A DNA stretch of 63,296 nucleotides, the filler included, from Bonamia ostreae (Eukaryota), in the NCBI GenBank assembly GCA_040357525.1. It is 36 parts of 36 records of this genome, joined end to end, with 100 filler letters (N's around TTAATTAATTAA, not from the genome) between each part and the next. Parts side by side here need not be neighbours in the genome. Positions count along the whole stretch, not along the records: positions 24,757 to 26,420 come from JBDODL010001476.1; positions 26,521 to 28,183 come from JBDODL010001477.1; positions 28,284 to 29,944 come from JBDODL010001478.1; positions 30,045 to 31,704 come from JBDODL010001479.1; positions 31,805 to 33,463 come from JBDODL010001480.1; positions 33,564 to 35,222 come from JBDODL010001481.1; positions 35,323 to 36,981 come from JBDODL010001482.1; positions 37,082 to 38,739 come from JBDODL010001483.1; 28 more parts are not named here. One strand, 5' to 3'. Under the pieces are notes generated by a model. The model searched no databases, was not told the DNA's origin, and saw only the letters and a list, made by a program, of their open reading frames with translations. The position numbers and the translations under genes are program-made. Shown here piece by piece: positions 26,274 through 38,030 of this stretch (position 1 is its first letter; each line of letters begins with the position of its first letter).

Positions 26274-27193
26274 TTTTTAAGCTTTATTAGGCTTTTTAAA
26301 ATTAGCCGATTTTATAAATTTTAATAAATCGCGTATAATAATTTTTTATTTTTGTTGATTTTTGCGCATTTTGAAATATGAGAATAAGTTTGTTGGATCA
26401 AAGCAAAATCGACCATTTTCNNNNNNNNNNNNNNNNNNNNNNNNNNNNNNNNNNNNNNNNNNNNTTAATTAATTAANNNNNNNNNNNNNNNNNNNNNNNN
26501 NNNNNNNNNNNNNNNNNNNNTACCAAATACAAAAACGTATACAATTTAAAAAACGGCGTCCAATACAGAGGCTTTATCTCATCTCCGTGAGAATAAGAGA
26601 GGTATGTTGAATTTAAGTGTGTAAATTTTGAATAATTCTCGGAAAGTGCAGTGTTATGCTGTGTGAGGTGTTTTAAGATATATAACTTTAATATTGAATC
26701 AATTCTAATGGCAATTTTCGATGTGACATTCTTCGTGTATGTGGAAAGTAGTCAAGTGCGGACACAAAAAGTAATAGTAATATCAAAAAAACTAAAGAAA
26801 CCACAGAAGGTTTCTAACATCATAAATTCCAGAGTTAAAAACAGCAAATGACTGTGGTGATCGATTAACTAAAATGGAAGGTTATCCTGAATTTACAGAA
26901 ATATGTAACAATCCTACACCAAGAGTTACCTTTAGTCGAACGACAACTATTGATACTGAATCTATTGATACAAATGCAACTCCTCAAACATCTCTTATTA
27001 AATCGGGGGTCAAACATATTGCCTACCAAGACTTATTTATTCATCCATATGTGAGTTATCTTTCATGAACCAAATTGTTCCTATTTTGGCTAGCACCATT
27101 AGTGGGTGCCAGTGTTGAAATAACAGTGTAATAAGCCTTTCGGGATATCACCTGCACCATTAACAACCAAGTACAAGAAATTGGTGACTTAAA

Positions 27194-27730
27194 ATGCAAT
27201 TGGATGAAGCTAAAGAATCAAATTCTGATCTTCAAAAATACATGTGGTATTTAAAAGAATCGTTAGATGACCTCGAGCAATGTGCGAGACGAAATAATTT
27301 GCGTTTTCACAACAAAAATATGCGTCTGGATACTTATACTATTATGATCAACCTATGCAAGTCAGAGCTCAACATCGACCTGCCCGACATATTTCGATCA
27401 CACCCAAACCAAACAACAATGGGAACTATAATATCATATACCACTTCAAAAATTCTAAATTTAAACAATAAAGTGTACTCCGAAAAGCGCAAACTCAACC
27501 ACACTTCTCTATTCGTGACAGGAGATCTGACCAGATATCAACAAAGCATTATGCAGGAGTCGAAAAAAGCAGTGCGCGTAAGGGCTGGTCGAATTTTTGA
27601 GAAATTTTACGGGATAGGCCCAAACAAACTAGTCCTCTTGCTCAATGGTATGGAGCTATTGCACAATGATAGACGCACAATATTAAATCAATATCACTGC
27701 ATGTGTACTTCTGGGTTTTCCCCCAGATAA
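27194..27730 (+). mobile_element. Degenerate non-LTR retrotransposon ORF1-like sequence (host)
   Basis: Coiled coil followed by DDLEQCARRNNLRF and LFVTGDLT, resembling the L1/L2/CR1-type ORF1 motifs DLEQYSRRNNLRI and I.EDLT. Confidence 0.6.
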
Positions 27731-28856
27731 TCAAAAACGTTTTACTACATGCATGGTTAAAGTTGTGTATTTCATACAGGTACGTGCACTTCAGTATCGC
27801 AAAATATTTAAAAACATACACTAAAATTACCCATATTTTTCCTTTCAAAAACAAGCTGTTCTAACAAGCGTGTATAGTTTTGTATATAGCATTTCCTTCA
27901 TATAACCAAGTTGATGACACAGGGTGTTTTCCTTTGCCTCACGAAAGGTATTGGTGGTCTTTGTTATTTTTTATTTATTTTTGTCGTTCTTTTTTGTTTT
28001 GTTATTTCCCTTTGATCCATTATCAAACATGAAATAGAACAGGTCACGACTCGTCTCTTTGCAGCTGAATCCGTCTTATTCAATAGCACAAAAGGAAGTG
28101 CCATTTTCACCATTAATTTTTCTTTACTTGTTATTTGTTTTGTTTTTAAGACTATCAATATACATGGAAGTATAATATCATGANNNNNNNNNNNNNNNNN
28201 NNNNNNNNNNNNNNNNNNNNNNNNNNNTTAATTAATTAANNNNNNNNNNNNNNNNNNNNNNNNNNNNNNNNNNNNNNNNNNNNCTTTTTGTTGTTTGTCA
28301 GAGTTGAATAGACAGCTGACGTAACACTTGTTTTGCTGTAAAGATTGTATGACAGCACCTATTTAAGTCGTAGCTCACGAAAGGTCTGGGAAATTCATTT
28401 TGATATAAATACACTGTGGATTTTGTGCTATTAAATATTTGTTACTAGGTACTCGAATTCCGTACCTAAACATTGAATGCGATCGGGGAAAAACTTTATT
28501 TTGTACTGAATTTTGACTGAACAACCGATTTTGATAGATTGTGATTTTTTTAGTATGGGAATTCAGCTCGGCATTAAACCAGCAACGAGCTTTGCTAATA
28601 TATACCGATCGTGACTGAGTAATTTACCATGGATATATTTTTCGTTCGATAATTGTAAATAAATGATGCTAATCTTTGCATCGACTGTGCTGGATTTTCT
28701 GCTGATCACAAGGGTATTCTTCCCCTTGACGCAGTATTATATTGTTCCGAATTCTTTTACGCTGTTTACACTTCAACGCAGAATTCGCACCAATCCTTCA
28801 TTGGCGGATTCACGTTTTGTTCAAGGGTAAATCGAATTTAACAGCTTATTTTATTA

Positions 28857-28980
28857 GGCTCATTGCGTGTGTGACCGGCGAATAGGAACAATAATCTGCC
28901 TGACGTGTTTCAATCCAATTTTTATGTAAGCAGTCGACAGGAAATGCTTACTTGTCCTTGGCATCTGATCTCACCTCTAG
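28857..28980 (+). repeat. Degenerate copy of a dispersed host repeat (also at 48744-48790 minus and 48986-49083 plus)
   Basis: Shared GTGTGACCGG..CAGG..ATGCTTACT..CCT.GGCA.CTGATC.CACCTCT core in three places; from memory similar to an abundant oyster repeat (unverified). Confidence 0.65.
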
Positions 28981-29143
28981 GAGTTTTGCTGTTCGTTATG
29001 TTCTGCTTTACCTTTCCATTCGTCACTGTTCATTATCTTTACATTATCATTTTACGATGACATGGTGAAAGTATGTGGTCCGTTCCTGTTTTGACCCTAG
29101 ACATTTCGAATATTTCTATGCAATGTTAATTATCTTTAAATAG

Positions 29144-29944
29144 GAGAATGTGAAAAAGAACTTCGAATAATAATCATCGGATGTTCAGGATCCGGAATTA
29201 GCTCCACAGGAAATTCAATCTTGGGAAAACTGCAGTTCGACTCTGCGCCCTCTTCAGAGTCAATTACAATGGATCTAGAAATTGGAGAAGTCGAACGTTT
29301 TGGGGAAAATATCATCGTTATTGACACCCCCGGGTTTTCCAATTCAAANNNNNNNNNNGAACTTTGAAAAATATTTGATAGTTATCTTTACTCATAAAGA
29401 TAGATTGGAACATACTCATCCTGAAGAAACATTATCTGACATTATCGTTGATTTTGGTAACCAAACAAAAATAAAGCAATTGCTTCTTAAAGCAGGGTAT
29501 CGATATGCTGAATTGCGGCATTTCAAGCAATTTGCGACAAACACTCAACTAAATGATCAAGTTGAAAACATATTAGATATGACCAGCAAATTGCCAAAGG
29601 AAAGATTTCATTTTGATTTAACTGCAAAACAAGTACTGCCAGAGATCAGATCAAGTTCTACCTCCAGACATTTTAAGTCTGGGGAGTCTTCAGTTTGTAT
29701 TGATCGTCATGTAATATTATTTGTGATTGTACTACACTATTTTCCTTTCGTAATATTTTACTTCTACATCAAAAATGTTATACAACATAATATTCAAACA
29801 GCAAAAATGTTACCAGAAACAGAGATGAAATCCCAAGGGCAGAAATGTCCTAATCCTAACCCAATTCAAACAGCAAAAATATTACCAGAAACAGAGATGA
29901 AATCCCAAGGGCAAAAAAGTCCCCTTGATAAACCGAAGTCCAGG
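29144..29944 (+). CDS. GIMAP/AIG1-family GTPase fragment (host)
   Basis: ELRIIIIGCSGSGISSTGNSILG, VIDTPGF, IVIFTHKD; interrupted by an internal N gap, with a ~72-nt duplication at the 3' end. Confidence 0.85.
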
Positions 29945-30158
29945 NNNNNNNNNNNNNNNNNNNNNNNNNNNNNNNNNNNNNNNNNNNNTTAATTAATTAA
30001 NNNNNNNNNNNNNNNNNNNNNNNNNNNNNNNNNNNNNNNNNNNNTGGAATTAAAATTTTTTATAATTTTGTTTTTTTTTTGCGATATTTTTTGGGATTAA
30101 AATTTTTTATAATTTTGTTTTTTTTTTGTGATATTTTTTGCGATTAAAATTTTTAAAG

Positions 30159-31678
30159 AAAAGGAACATTTTCTATTTCGGAAGCAGAAAACGTTAAGAA
30201 TGGAACTAAAATCATTATAAATCTCGATGAAAATTGCTCCGATTTTTCGAAACGTGAAAACATCGAAAGTTTTTAAGACATTTCAAAATTTAAAGAAATA
30301 ATCAAACAATACTCAAATTTTATCGAATTTCCGATATTTCTCGATGGCAAAAAAATGAATATGGAAGGAGCGCTTTGGCTCAAAGATCCAAAATCGGTCT
30401 CCGAAATTCGCCATTCTGAATTTTATAAAAATATGACAAATGCGTATGATTCTCCGATGCTCCACATCCATTTTAGAAAAGATTATCCGATCGCTTTAAA
30501 CGTTTCTCCCAATTCAACATTTATGATTTTTTTTACAAAATTTGATTAAAAATTGCTTTATCAAATTGCAAAAATTAGTTTTAAAAAACAAAAATTGCTT
30601 TATCAAATTACAAAAATTATTTTAAAAAACAAAAATGGCTTTATCAAATTACAAAAATTAGTTTTAAAAAACAAAAATGGCTTTATCAAATTGCAAAAAT
30701 TAGTTTTAAAAAATAAAGTGGCTTTATCAAATTGAAAAAAATCTAAAAAACCAGAGCATCCTTTACATCCCCAAATACCACTCGGAGAAGTACGGCAATG
30801 CCCGGATGAAACCCGGCGTCAGTCTGTATTCCAAAAAAGTGCTCATTCAGAAAAACAGCACAGAACTGCTTCCGGACTGGATGCGCTTCGTAAAAGGCGT
30901 CGCTGACAGCGAAGACCTCAACCTGAACATTTCCAGAGACAGCACGCAGAGCAAATCCACTCTTAGCCGCATCGGCTCTATCCTCACGAAGACCTTGATC
31001 GCTCGGCTCAAAGAAACAATCAAAAACGATCCCACAAAATATGAACAATTCTACGAAGAGTACGCTCTCTTCCTCAAAGAAGGCGTCTGCACTGATTCGG
31101 AGAACAAAGATGCGCTCGCTCCTCTCCTGAAATTCGATTCTTCGAAGATCGATAACAAAAGTAAGAAAAAGCTTGAAGACAAAAATGACGATTTGAAGTC
31201 GTCTGAAAGGTTTTTTATAATTTTTTAAAATTTTTGTCCGTAAAAGCTTAAAAGAATAAAAATTATTTTCTACAAAAAATTTAATAAAATGTTAAAAATT
31301 TAATATTTGAAATATAAAAAGCTTTAAATGTAACATTAAAAAGTCCGGAAAATTATAAAATTTTTTATAAAAAATATCAAGTTCGAAAGAAAAAATTTCA
31401 AGTTTGAAAGAAAAAATTTCTGGAAGGACATTTGATGATTATGTCGGAGCAATGGACGGACAACAAACGAAAATTTACTATTTGGTGACATCGAATAGAT
31501 CTGCCGCTGAGAATTCGCCTTATTTCGAAAGCTTTAAAAAGAAAGGTCGAGAAGTTCTATTTTTGTACACTCCAATAGACGAATTTGTGATGCAAGGATT
31601 GGGCAGTTATAAAAACAGGAAGTTGGTTTCGATTGAATCGGCCAAATTGGATGAAGAAGATATGGATCAGTTTGACAG
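30159..31678 (+). CDS. TRAP1: TRAP1 exons 4 onward (continuation of 7805-8593)
   Basis: GTKIIINL, YSNFIEFPIFLDGKKMN..ALW (no charged linker), VSLYSKKVLI, LPDWMRFVKGVADSEDLNLNISRD, FLKEGV, SPYFE. Introns 30269-30295, 30502-30754 and 31210-~31381. Confidence 0.93.
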
Positions 31679-33563
31679 GTTTTATTTTAAAATTTTCGTT
31701 GTTTNNNNNNNNNNNNNNNNNNNNNNNNNNNNNNNNNNNNNNNNNNNNTTAATTAATTAANNNNNNNNNNNNNNNNNNNNNNNNNNNNNNNNNNNNNNNN
31801 NNNNAGTATTTCATCTTCATCGTCTGTATAGGTGACATTGTTTACCTATCAAAACTTCCTGTAATCTCTGTACGAAAATCAAATCAGGCATTCTCTAACG
31901 CCTTGCCTTATGAATGCAAAATTGTACAATACTTACTTAATGTATCTACACATCGCTACATCATGTAACACAGTCGCCGAATGCATGTATGATATTATTT
32001 TAAATCTTGAAGTGATTGAATGTTTGATATTTCAACACTGTTAATTTGTTTCATGGAAAACTTGTTAATAGTTATTGTTCATGACAGAGGAAAGTAATAC
32101 TCTTGCCTGACCTTGTTCAGTCATCTAATGAAGATTAAGTTTACTCATAGCTATCGATTGTATAATATTTGCAGTTGATTGACACCTTTGACCTATATTG
32201 TTTTAGATCTTTATCGCTTGATAGAAAGATGACGTAACCCTTATATACGGTTAGTACGTCGTGAATATTCTAGAGGCTTCATTCTTATAACTACATTGTG
32301 AATTTTGAGGACGAAAATGCTCCAGTAAAAACCACTTCAATGATTGGTGATTATAAGTAATAGCTGGGAACTAGGATTTGGATTCACTCGTGACAGTGTG
32401 TAGATTCAATTCAGCCTTGTAAATTATTGTGTACATCTATCAATTGTACTTTGTTATTGTTTTAATTTTCTTTCAGTAAATTTAAATAAATTGTGTTGAT
32501 TTGAAATTGCTTTTGTTAGTAAATTCTGCTGATGGGTTATTCTGATCAATAACACAGTCAAGGCATATGTCTCAACGGAAATACATTATTGAATAATTTG
32601 GTTTTCTCCTCATCACATTATATAAATACATTCATCAAAGTACAGCGGTTAAAAAAAAGCTTTAGTTGAATGAGTGTCAACACGGAGAAATGATTTGGAG
32701 TTATATCGCAACATCTGGACGTTAATGCATATGTCGTGGTCAGGAGGCTGGGACAACATGGTTTAAGAGGTAAACCTGACATATTGTGTTGCAACGTTTC
32801 AGAATACAAGACGTTGGTGAACATTATGAAACATCGTGATCACCAGTAGGAATAAATCTTATCTAAGACATTAGGCTAATATCTGCGTGTATATATTCGA
32901 CGGAAAGAAGATTTCTGTTCGTTCCTCTGATAACTAAGATTTCCGTACAGGGAAACCAACTTTCGTTTTCTAGTAGCATCAGAACCGAAAAACTGTGTTT
33001 CCTGATCCCAATTGACCCGAACGTTGTTACAATTTCATTTGAGTTTGATGAACTTTTGAAATTTGAAGTCGATTAGAAATCAAATATTAAGAATCCAATG
33101 ACAAACTTTTAGTTAGTTAAAATTTGCGAGAAATCTTTTAATCAAATATTAAAGTTTAATCCACATGAGACAATTCATATTCTTTCAAAAACACAAGCCA
33201 AAGTCCAAATGTGTTGCGCCACATTTTTTGTTTCTTTTTTCTATAAATTTTGTATGGATTTCATAATTATTTTATAGCTTATTGACCTATGCTGAATGAA
33301 TGGGACCACTTTCTGTTCTTGTATAACGGTAAACATTGGAAAGTATTGATACATGTTCATTATTGGGTCAAACCCTTGTAATGTCACTGTTTTATCTAGC
33401 ATTTGTTTCTTTCCAGCACAGGTCTCTGTCCACCACTTTAGTTCTGTGTCCAACTCTCTAGGTNNNNNNNNNNNNNNNNNNNNNNNNNNNNNNNNNNNNN
33501 NNNNNNNTTAATTAATTAANNNNNNNNNNNNNNNNNNNNNNNNNNNNNNNNNNNNNNNNNNNN

Positions 33564-33970
33564 ATTTTTTACTATTTTTAAATCAAATTTTGCAATTTGC
33601 AATTTTTTTACTATTTTTAAAAATCAAATTTTGTAATTTGTGATTTTTTACTATTTTTAAATCAAATTTTGCAATTTGCAATTTTTTTACTATTTTTTTA
33701 ATCTAATTTTGTAATTTTTTTACTATTTTTTTTAATCTAATTTTGCAATTTGCAATTTTTTTTACTATTTTTTTTTTAAATCAAATTTTTCAATTTGCAA
33801 TTTTTTTACTATTTTTTTAAAAACAAATTTTGTAATTTGCAATTTTTTTACTATTTTTTTAAAATCAAATTTTGCAATTTGCAATTTTTTTACTATTTTT
33901 TTAATCTAATTTTGCAATTTGCAATTTTTTTACTATTTTTTTAAAATCAAATTTTATAATTTTGTAAAAA
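33564..33970 (+). repeat. Intronic tandem repeat, ~40-nt unit
   Basis: About ten copies of TTTTTTACTATTTTTTAAAATCAAATTTTGCAATTTGCAA ending at acceptor AG 33978-33979. Confidence 0.9.
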
Positions 33971-33979
33971 TCAAATTAG

Positions 33980-34318
33980 ATTTTTCGTGCCTGCGCTGAT
34001 AATGGGAATGTTTTACGATAAAGCAGGCGATCTTTTTTCTATAATCGGCTCAGCTTTCGCCGGTCAAATGATTTACGTTTTTCATTTCAAAAAATAGATT
34101 TTGCCAATTATTTGTTGGTACAAACTGTCTGGCGGCTACAAAAAGATTGTAAGAGACGCCAAAAAGTTGCATTTTTTAAAAATTGAAAATTTAGGACCGA
34201 ATCGACAAAGGAGATTTTTAAAAAGATAGTTTTGCCGAATTTCATCGCTGTTTTTGGGATTGCGATAACGATTAGTTCGACAATCGTCAGCGTTTTGCAG
34301 GTAGCAAAAATTATTTAA
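33980..34318 (+). CDS. Amino-acid transporter (AAAP/SLC38-like), last three exons
   Basis: ALIMGMFYDKAGDLFSIIGSAFAGQMIYILPIICW and a final TM FIAVFGIAITISST; TAA 34316-34318. Confidence 0.75.
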
Positions 34319-35128
34319 AAAACATTCAAAATCATTTACCCAAAAATTGCTTTCAAACAATAAACTTTCTACGCTTTTGTCGTCAGCAAAATCGCCTTTC
34401 TCAAATTCGATCCAAATCAAACCGTTTTTTAACATTTCTTTCTGAATTTTGAAATTTGCGATTTAAAAATTTAATCGATTTAAAACAATTGCGATAAATA
34501 ATCTGTTTTTGTCCCAGTTTAGATCTTTGTTTAAAAATTGAAAATTGACGCCATTTTTTGATTTGAGCGAATTTAGGATCTGGCCAAAATCGTTGTTGAT
34601 TTCAAACGGCACAGAAATCAAAAATTCGCCGCCGGCAAATTTTTCGATTCTGAAGGATTTGTCGAATTTTGAAATTTTTTCGATCGCTTTTTTGATATCT
34701 GTTTCATTTATGTTATTTCCGATTTTCTTTAGAAGGCTTGAAATTAAAATGATTCCGCCGTTTTCGTTTCTGGTTTTAAGACAAATATTTATTATTTTGA
34801 CCGCCAATTCCACGTAAAAGTTTCCTAATCCCGTTAATTTGCCGATTAGACTTCGATTCGCTTTACATTATTTTGACATTTAAAAACAAATTAACGGATC
34901 GATCCCGATTTTGTTGCACATTTCTTGGAATTGGTGCCGAAAAACAGGATTTTTGTTTATTTTGCTTTTATACTTCAACGCAAAATCAGTCAAGTTCTTT
35001 TCAAATTTTTTTATTCCTTCTTTCAAATGTTTTGTTTGTTCTTTAGACAAATCTAGCCCAGTTTTCTTATACGCTTCTTTTTGTCTTTGTCTGTTTTTCA
35101 ACGAACTTATTCCGCCGCTATTGAACAT
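34136..35128 (-). CDS. SNF8: ESCRT-II subunit Vps22/SNF8
   Basis: INKNPVFRHQFQEMCNKIGIDPL, FYVELAVKIINICLKTRNENGGII, LISVPFE, GLIWIE; 3' end uncertain (see findings). Confidence 0.92.
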
Positions 35129-35506
35129 TCTGTTTTGTTAAAATTACTGATATAATTTTTTTAGTAAAAGATTTAAATTTCTCCATTCTTTCGACCGGGC
35201 TTCCTTCTCCGCAGAAAATTTGNNNNNNNNNNNNNNNNNNNNNNNNNNNNNNNNNNNNNNNNNNNNTTAATTAATTAANNNNNNNNNNNNNNNNNNNNNN
35301 NNNNNNNNNNNNNNNNNNNNNNGTTCGTCCATTATTTGATTTTGAGTTCGTCGATTATTTTAGAGATTGTCCATTATTTGTGAGTCCTTCCATTATCGTC
35401 ATTATTTGCGAGTCCGTCTCCACTAAAACCTTCCATTTTAAAACGGTCAAACTTAAATCTGAAAAACCTCCCATTCTTAAAAACCGTCTAACGCTTTCCC
35501 AAACAG

Positions 35507-36981
35507 ATCGAAGGCGACGAGCCGTGCGTCCTCATAACGACCTATTCGATGCTGGCCTTTTCCCAGCGCCGCTCCAAAGAGTCTCAGAAAATGATCGAAT
35601 CCGTTCGCTCGCGCGAATGGGGGCTCCTCATTTTGGACGAAGTCCACGTCGCCCCTGCGGACATGTTCAGACGCTGCCTCAACGTGGCCAAGTCCAAGTG
35701 CAAACTTGGACTGACCGCCACTCTTCTCAGGGAAGACGCAAAAATTTCCGATTTGGTAAAATAATAAAAATAACAAAATCGACAAAAACAATAAAATCGA
35801 TAAAATCGACAAAAACAATAAAATCGTCTAAAACAATAAAATCGATAAAATCGGCAAAAATAAAAAAAAATCGGCAAAAACAAAATCGACAAAAACAATA
35901 AAATCGTCAAAAACAAAAAAATCGTCAAAAACAAAATCGACAAAAATAAAAAAATCAGCAAAAACAAAATCGACAAAAACAATAAAATCGTCAAAAATAA
36001 AAAAAGTCGTCAAAAACAATGAAAATCGTCAAAAACAAAAAAATCGACAAAAACAATAAAATCAGCAAAAACAATAAAATCGTCAAAAACAAAAAAATCG
36101 ACAAATTTAGTCTTTCCTCGTCGGCCCGAAACTGTTCGAGGCGGACTGGCTCGAGCTCCAACGACAACGCTACCTCGCCACCGTGCGCTGCGTGGAGATC
36201 TGGTGCCCTCTCGACCCCCTCTTCTGCAGACAGTACATCCTCCAGCGCTCCACCAACCGGCGCAACCTCCTCCAGACGATGAACCCGTCCAAATTCAGAG
36301 TCTGCGAACACCTCATCCGGCTCCACGAGGAACGCGGCGACAAGATAATGGTCTTCTCCGACAACATCTTCTCGCTCAAGAAGTACGCCGTCATCCTGGG
36401 GAAGCCTTTCATCTACGGCCGCACCTCGGAAGCAGAACGGCTGGCTACGCTGAAGTCGCTGCAGGAAGACGACGAGATGAGCACCGTTTTCATCTCGAAG
36501 ATCGGCGACTGCTCGATCGATTTGCCCGACGTCAACGTGGTCATCCAGATTTCCTCCCACTTTTCGTCGCGCCGCCAAGAAGCGCAGCGGCTGGGTCGGA
36601 TCCTGCGACCGAAAGCGCGCAGCGACGCGAGCGCGCATTTCTACACGTTGGTTTCGGAGGACACAGATGAATGCGTGTACGCGGCGAGGAGGCAGCGGTT
36701 TCTGATAGACCAGGGCTACATGTTCGAGGTGAAGAATGGCGGAGGACTGGAGGGGGGCTTTTTCGAGGACGAGAAGACGAAGAAGGGTTTGCTGAAGGAG
36801 GTAATGGCTGTTTCTGAGAAGGTTGATTTTACAAAATTTTCAAATTGTAGCTTGGCAGTATTGAATCCGACATCGAAGACTTTGAGAAGACGAAGACACC
36901 GAAAATCAAAAAAGGGAAAAAGACAAAATTTAAATCGGAAAAAATGAAGAAAATTAAAGAATCGATTTTGCGCAGAAAGAG
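35507..36981 (+). CDS. ERCC3: TFIIH helicase XPB/Ssl2, 3' part
   Basis: TTYSML, EWGLLILDEVH, KLGLTATLLRED, MNPSKF, DKIMVFSDN, SRRQEAQRLGRILRPK, RQRFLIDQGY; repeat intron 35756-36109. Confidence 0.96.
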
Positions 36982-37081
36982 NNNNNNNNNNNNNNNNNNN
37001 NNNNNNNNNNNNNNNNNNNNNNNNNTTAATTAATTAANNNNNNNNNNNNNNNNNNNNNNNNNNNNNNNNNNNNNNNNNNNN

Positions 37082-37886
37082 AGCCTGTATTATGTCTTCG
37101 TATTATTAAATTTTAAAGTCGGGAGTTTTGCCACAGAATTAAATCAGTGTCAGTATCAACTTTCACCCAAAAAGAAGTTGATGCTTTAGTGAAAGGGGGC
37201 AACAGAGTTTCATTCAGTTAATTAAAAGAAATCGAACGAGTACTTTTTGAAAAATTACAATAGGAAAAGTTATTTTGCGCCGAACCCGGGGGACATCAGT
37301 CGCATCCGCAAATGGATACGTTTTCAAAACTTCATGTGAAGGGATGAAATATGTAGACCGAACATGGGCGAGCAAGACAGAAAAAGATTACTTCGAATCT
37401 TCCAGAAAAAGAGAAGAGATTGAAGCTTCCGAAAATAAACCAAAAGCTTCGATGAAACAAAAAGAACGAAATACCGGAAAAGAAAGAAATTCCAAATCAT
37501 CTGAAGAAAAAATAATAAAAGTGGAGAAGGTCGAAAAAAAGGAAGACAATCTTATTGATTTGAACGACATCTTCTCCTCTCAAAACAATACTAAAGACGT
37601 CAAACCGAATGGGGCGATTGATGGGGAAAATTTTGATTTCAACAGTTCAAAGAATTTGCTCGGCGACGAAAAAAACAGCGCAGAAAATTTGAGCCAATTG
37701 GTCAACAACATAAATTTGATGGATAAAAAACCGGGACAAGAATTGCAGAAAGAAGAAAAAGTTTGCAAAGTCAAAGATCCCTTTAGAGATCTTTTCGAGT
37801 TATCGATGGCCAAGAGCGAATTTGACAGAAAGTCTGTGAGTAAAAAGACGGTTGACGAAAAAGAGGATGCTTTGTTAAAATTTTAA
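37082..37886 (+). CDS. ArfGAP (AGFG-like) protein, 3' part
   Basis: REFCHRIKSVSVSTFTQKEV..GGN, IRKWIRMKYVDRTW after tiny introns; NLIDL and DPF motifs in the tail. Confidence 0.85.
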
Positions 37887-37920
37887 TGTGCTTTTGTCAT
37901 TTAACTGTTATTTTAAAATT

Positions 37921-38030
37921 GCCAGTGCTTCGTACTAAGTGCTCGCATTCATGCATGCATTGGTTCGAATCCCGGTTCTGTCGTTTCCAAATTGATGTCT
38001 TGCCAACAACTTCGGGACAGATGGAGCTTG
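37921..38030 (+). other. Conserved non-coding two-motif element, copy 1 (tRNA/B-box-like)
   Basis: GGTTCGAATCCC-GGTTC-TGTCGTTTCCAAA (to 37991) followed by CAACTT-N5-CAGATGG (38007-38024); both motifs recur at 43650-43714. Confidence 0.55.

Noticed and set aside
33980-34318. Direct join of this transporter C-terminus to the N-terminus at 61646-62942
   Set aside because: The terminal repeat units differ and middle helices are missing; same gene or paralogue cannot be decided.
35584-36638. Long antisense or alternative-frame ORFs over XPB (also over RPN10, CNOT1, calpain, STK11)
   Set aside because: Shadow ORFs of GC-rich coding sequence, or translations of intronic repeats.
37960-37990. LTR primer-binding site or intact tRNA-Ser
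   Set aside because: TTT separates the tRNA-like end from CCA, there is no LTR context, and no D or anticodon arms fold.
37940-37995. U6 snRNA (minus-strand CAATTTGGAAACGACAGA; plus-strand GTGCTCGC)
   Set aside because: No ACAGAGA box, AGC triad or internal stem-loop, and copy 2 lacks ACAGA.
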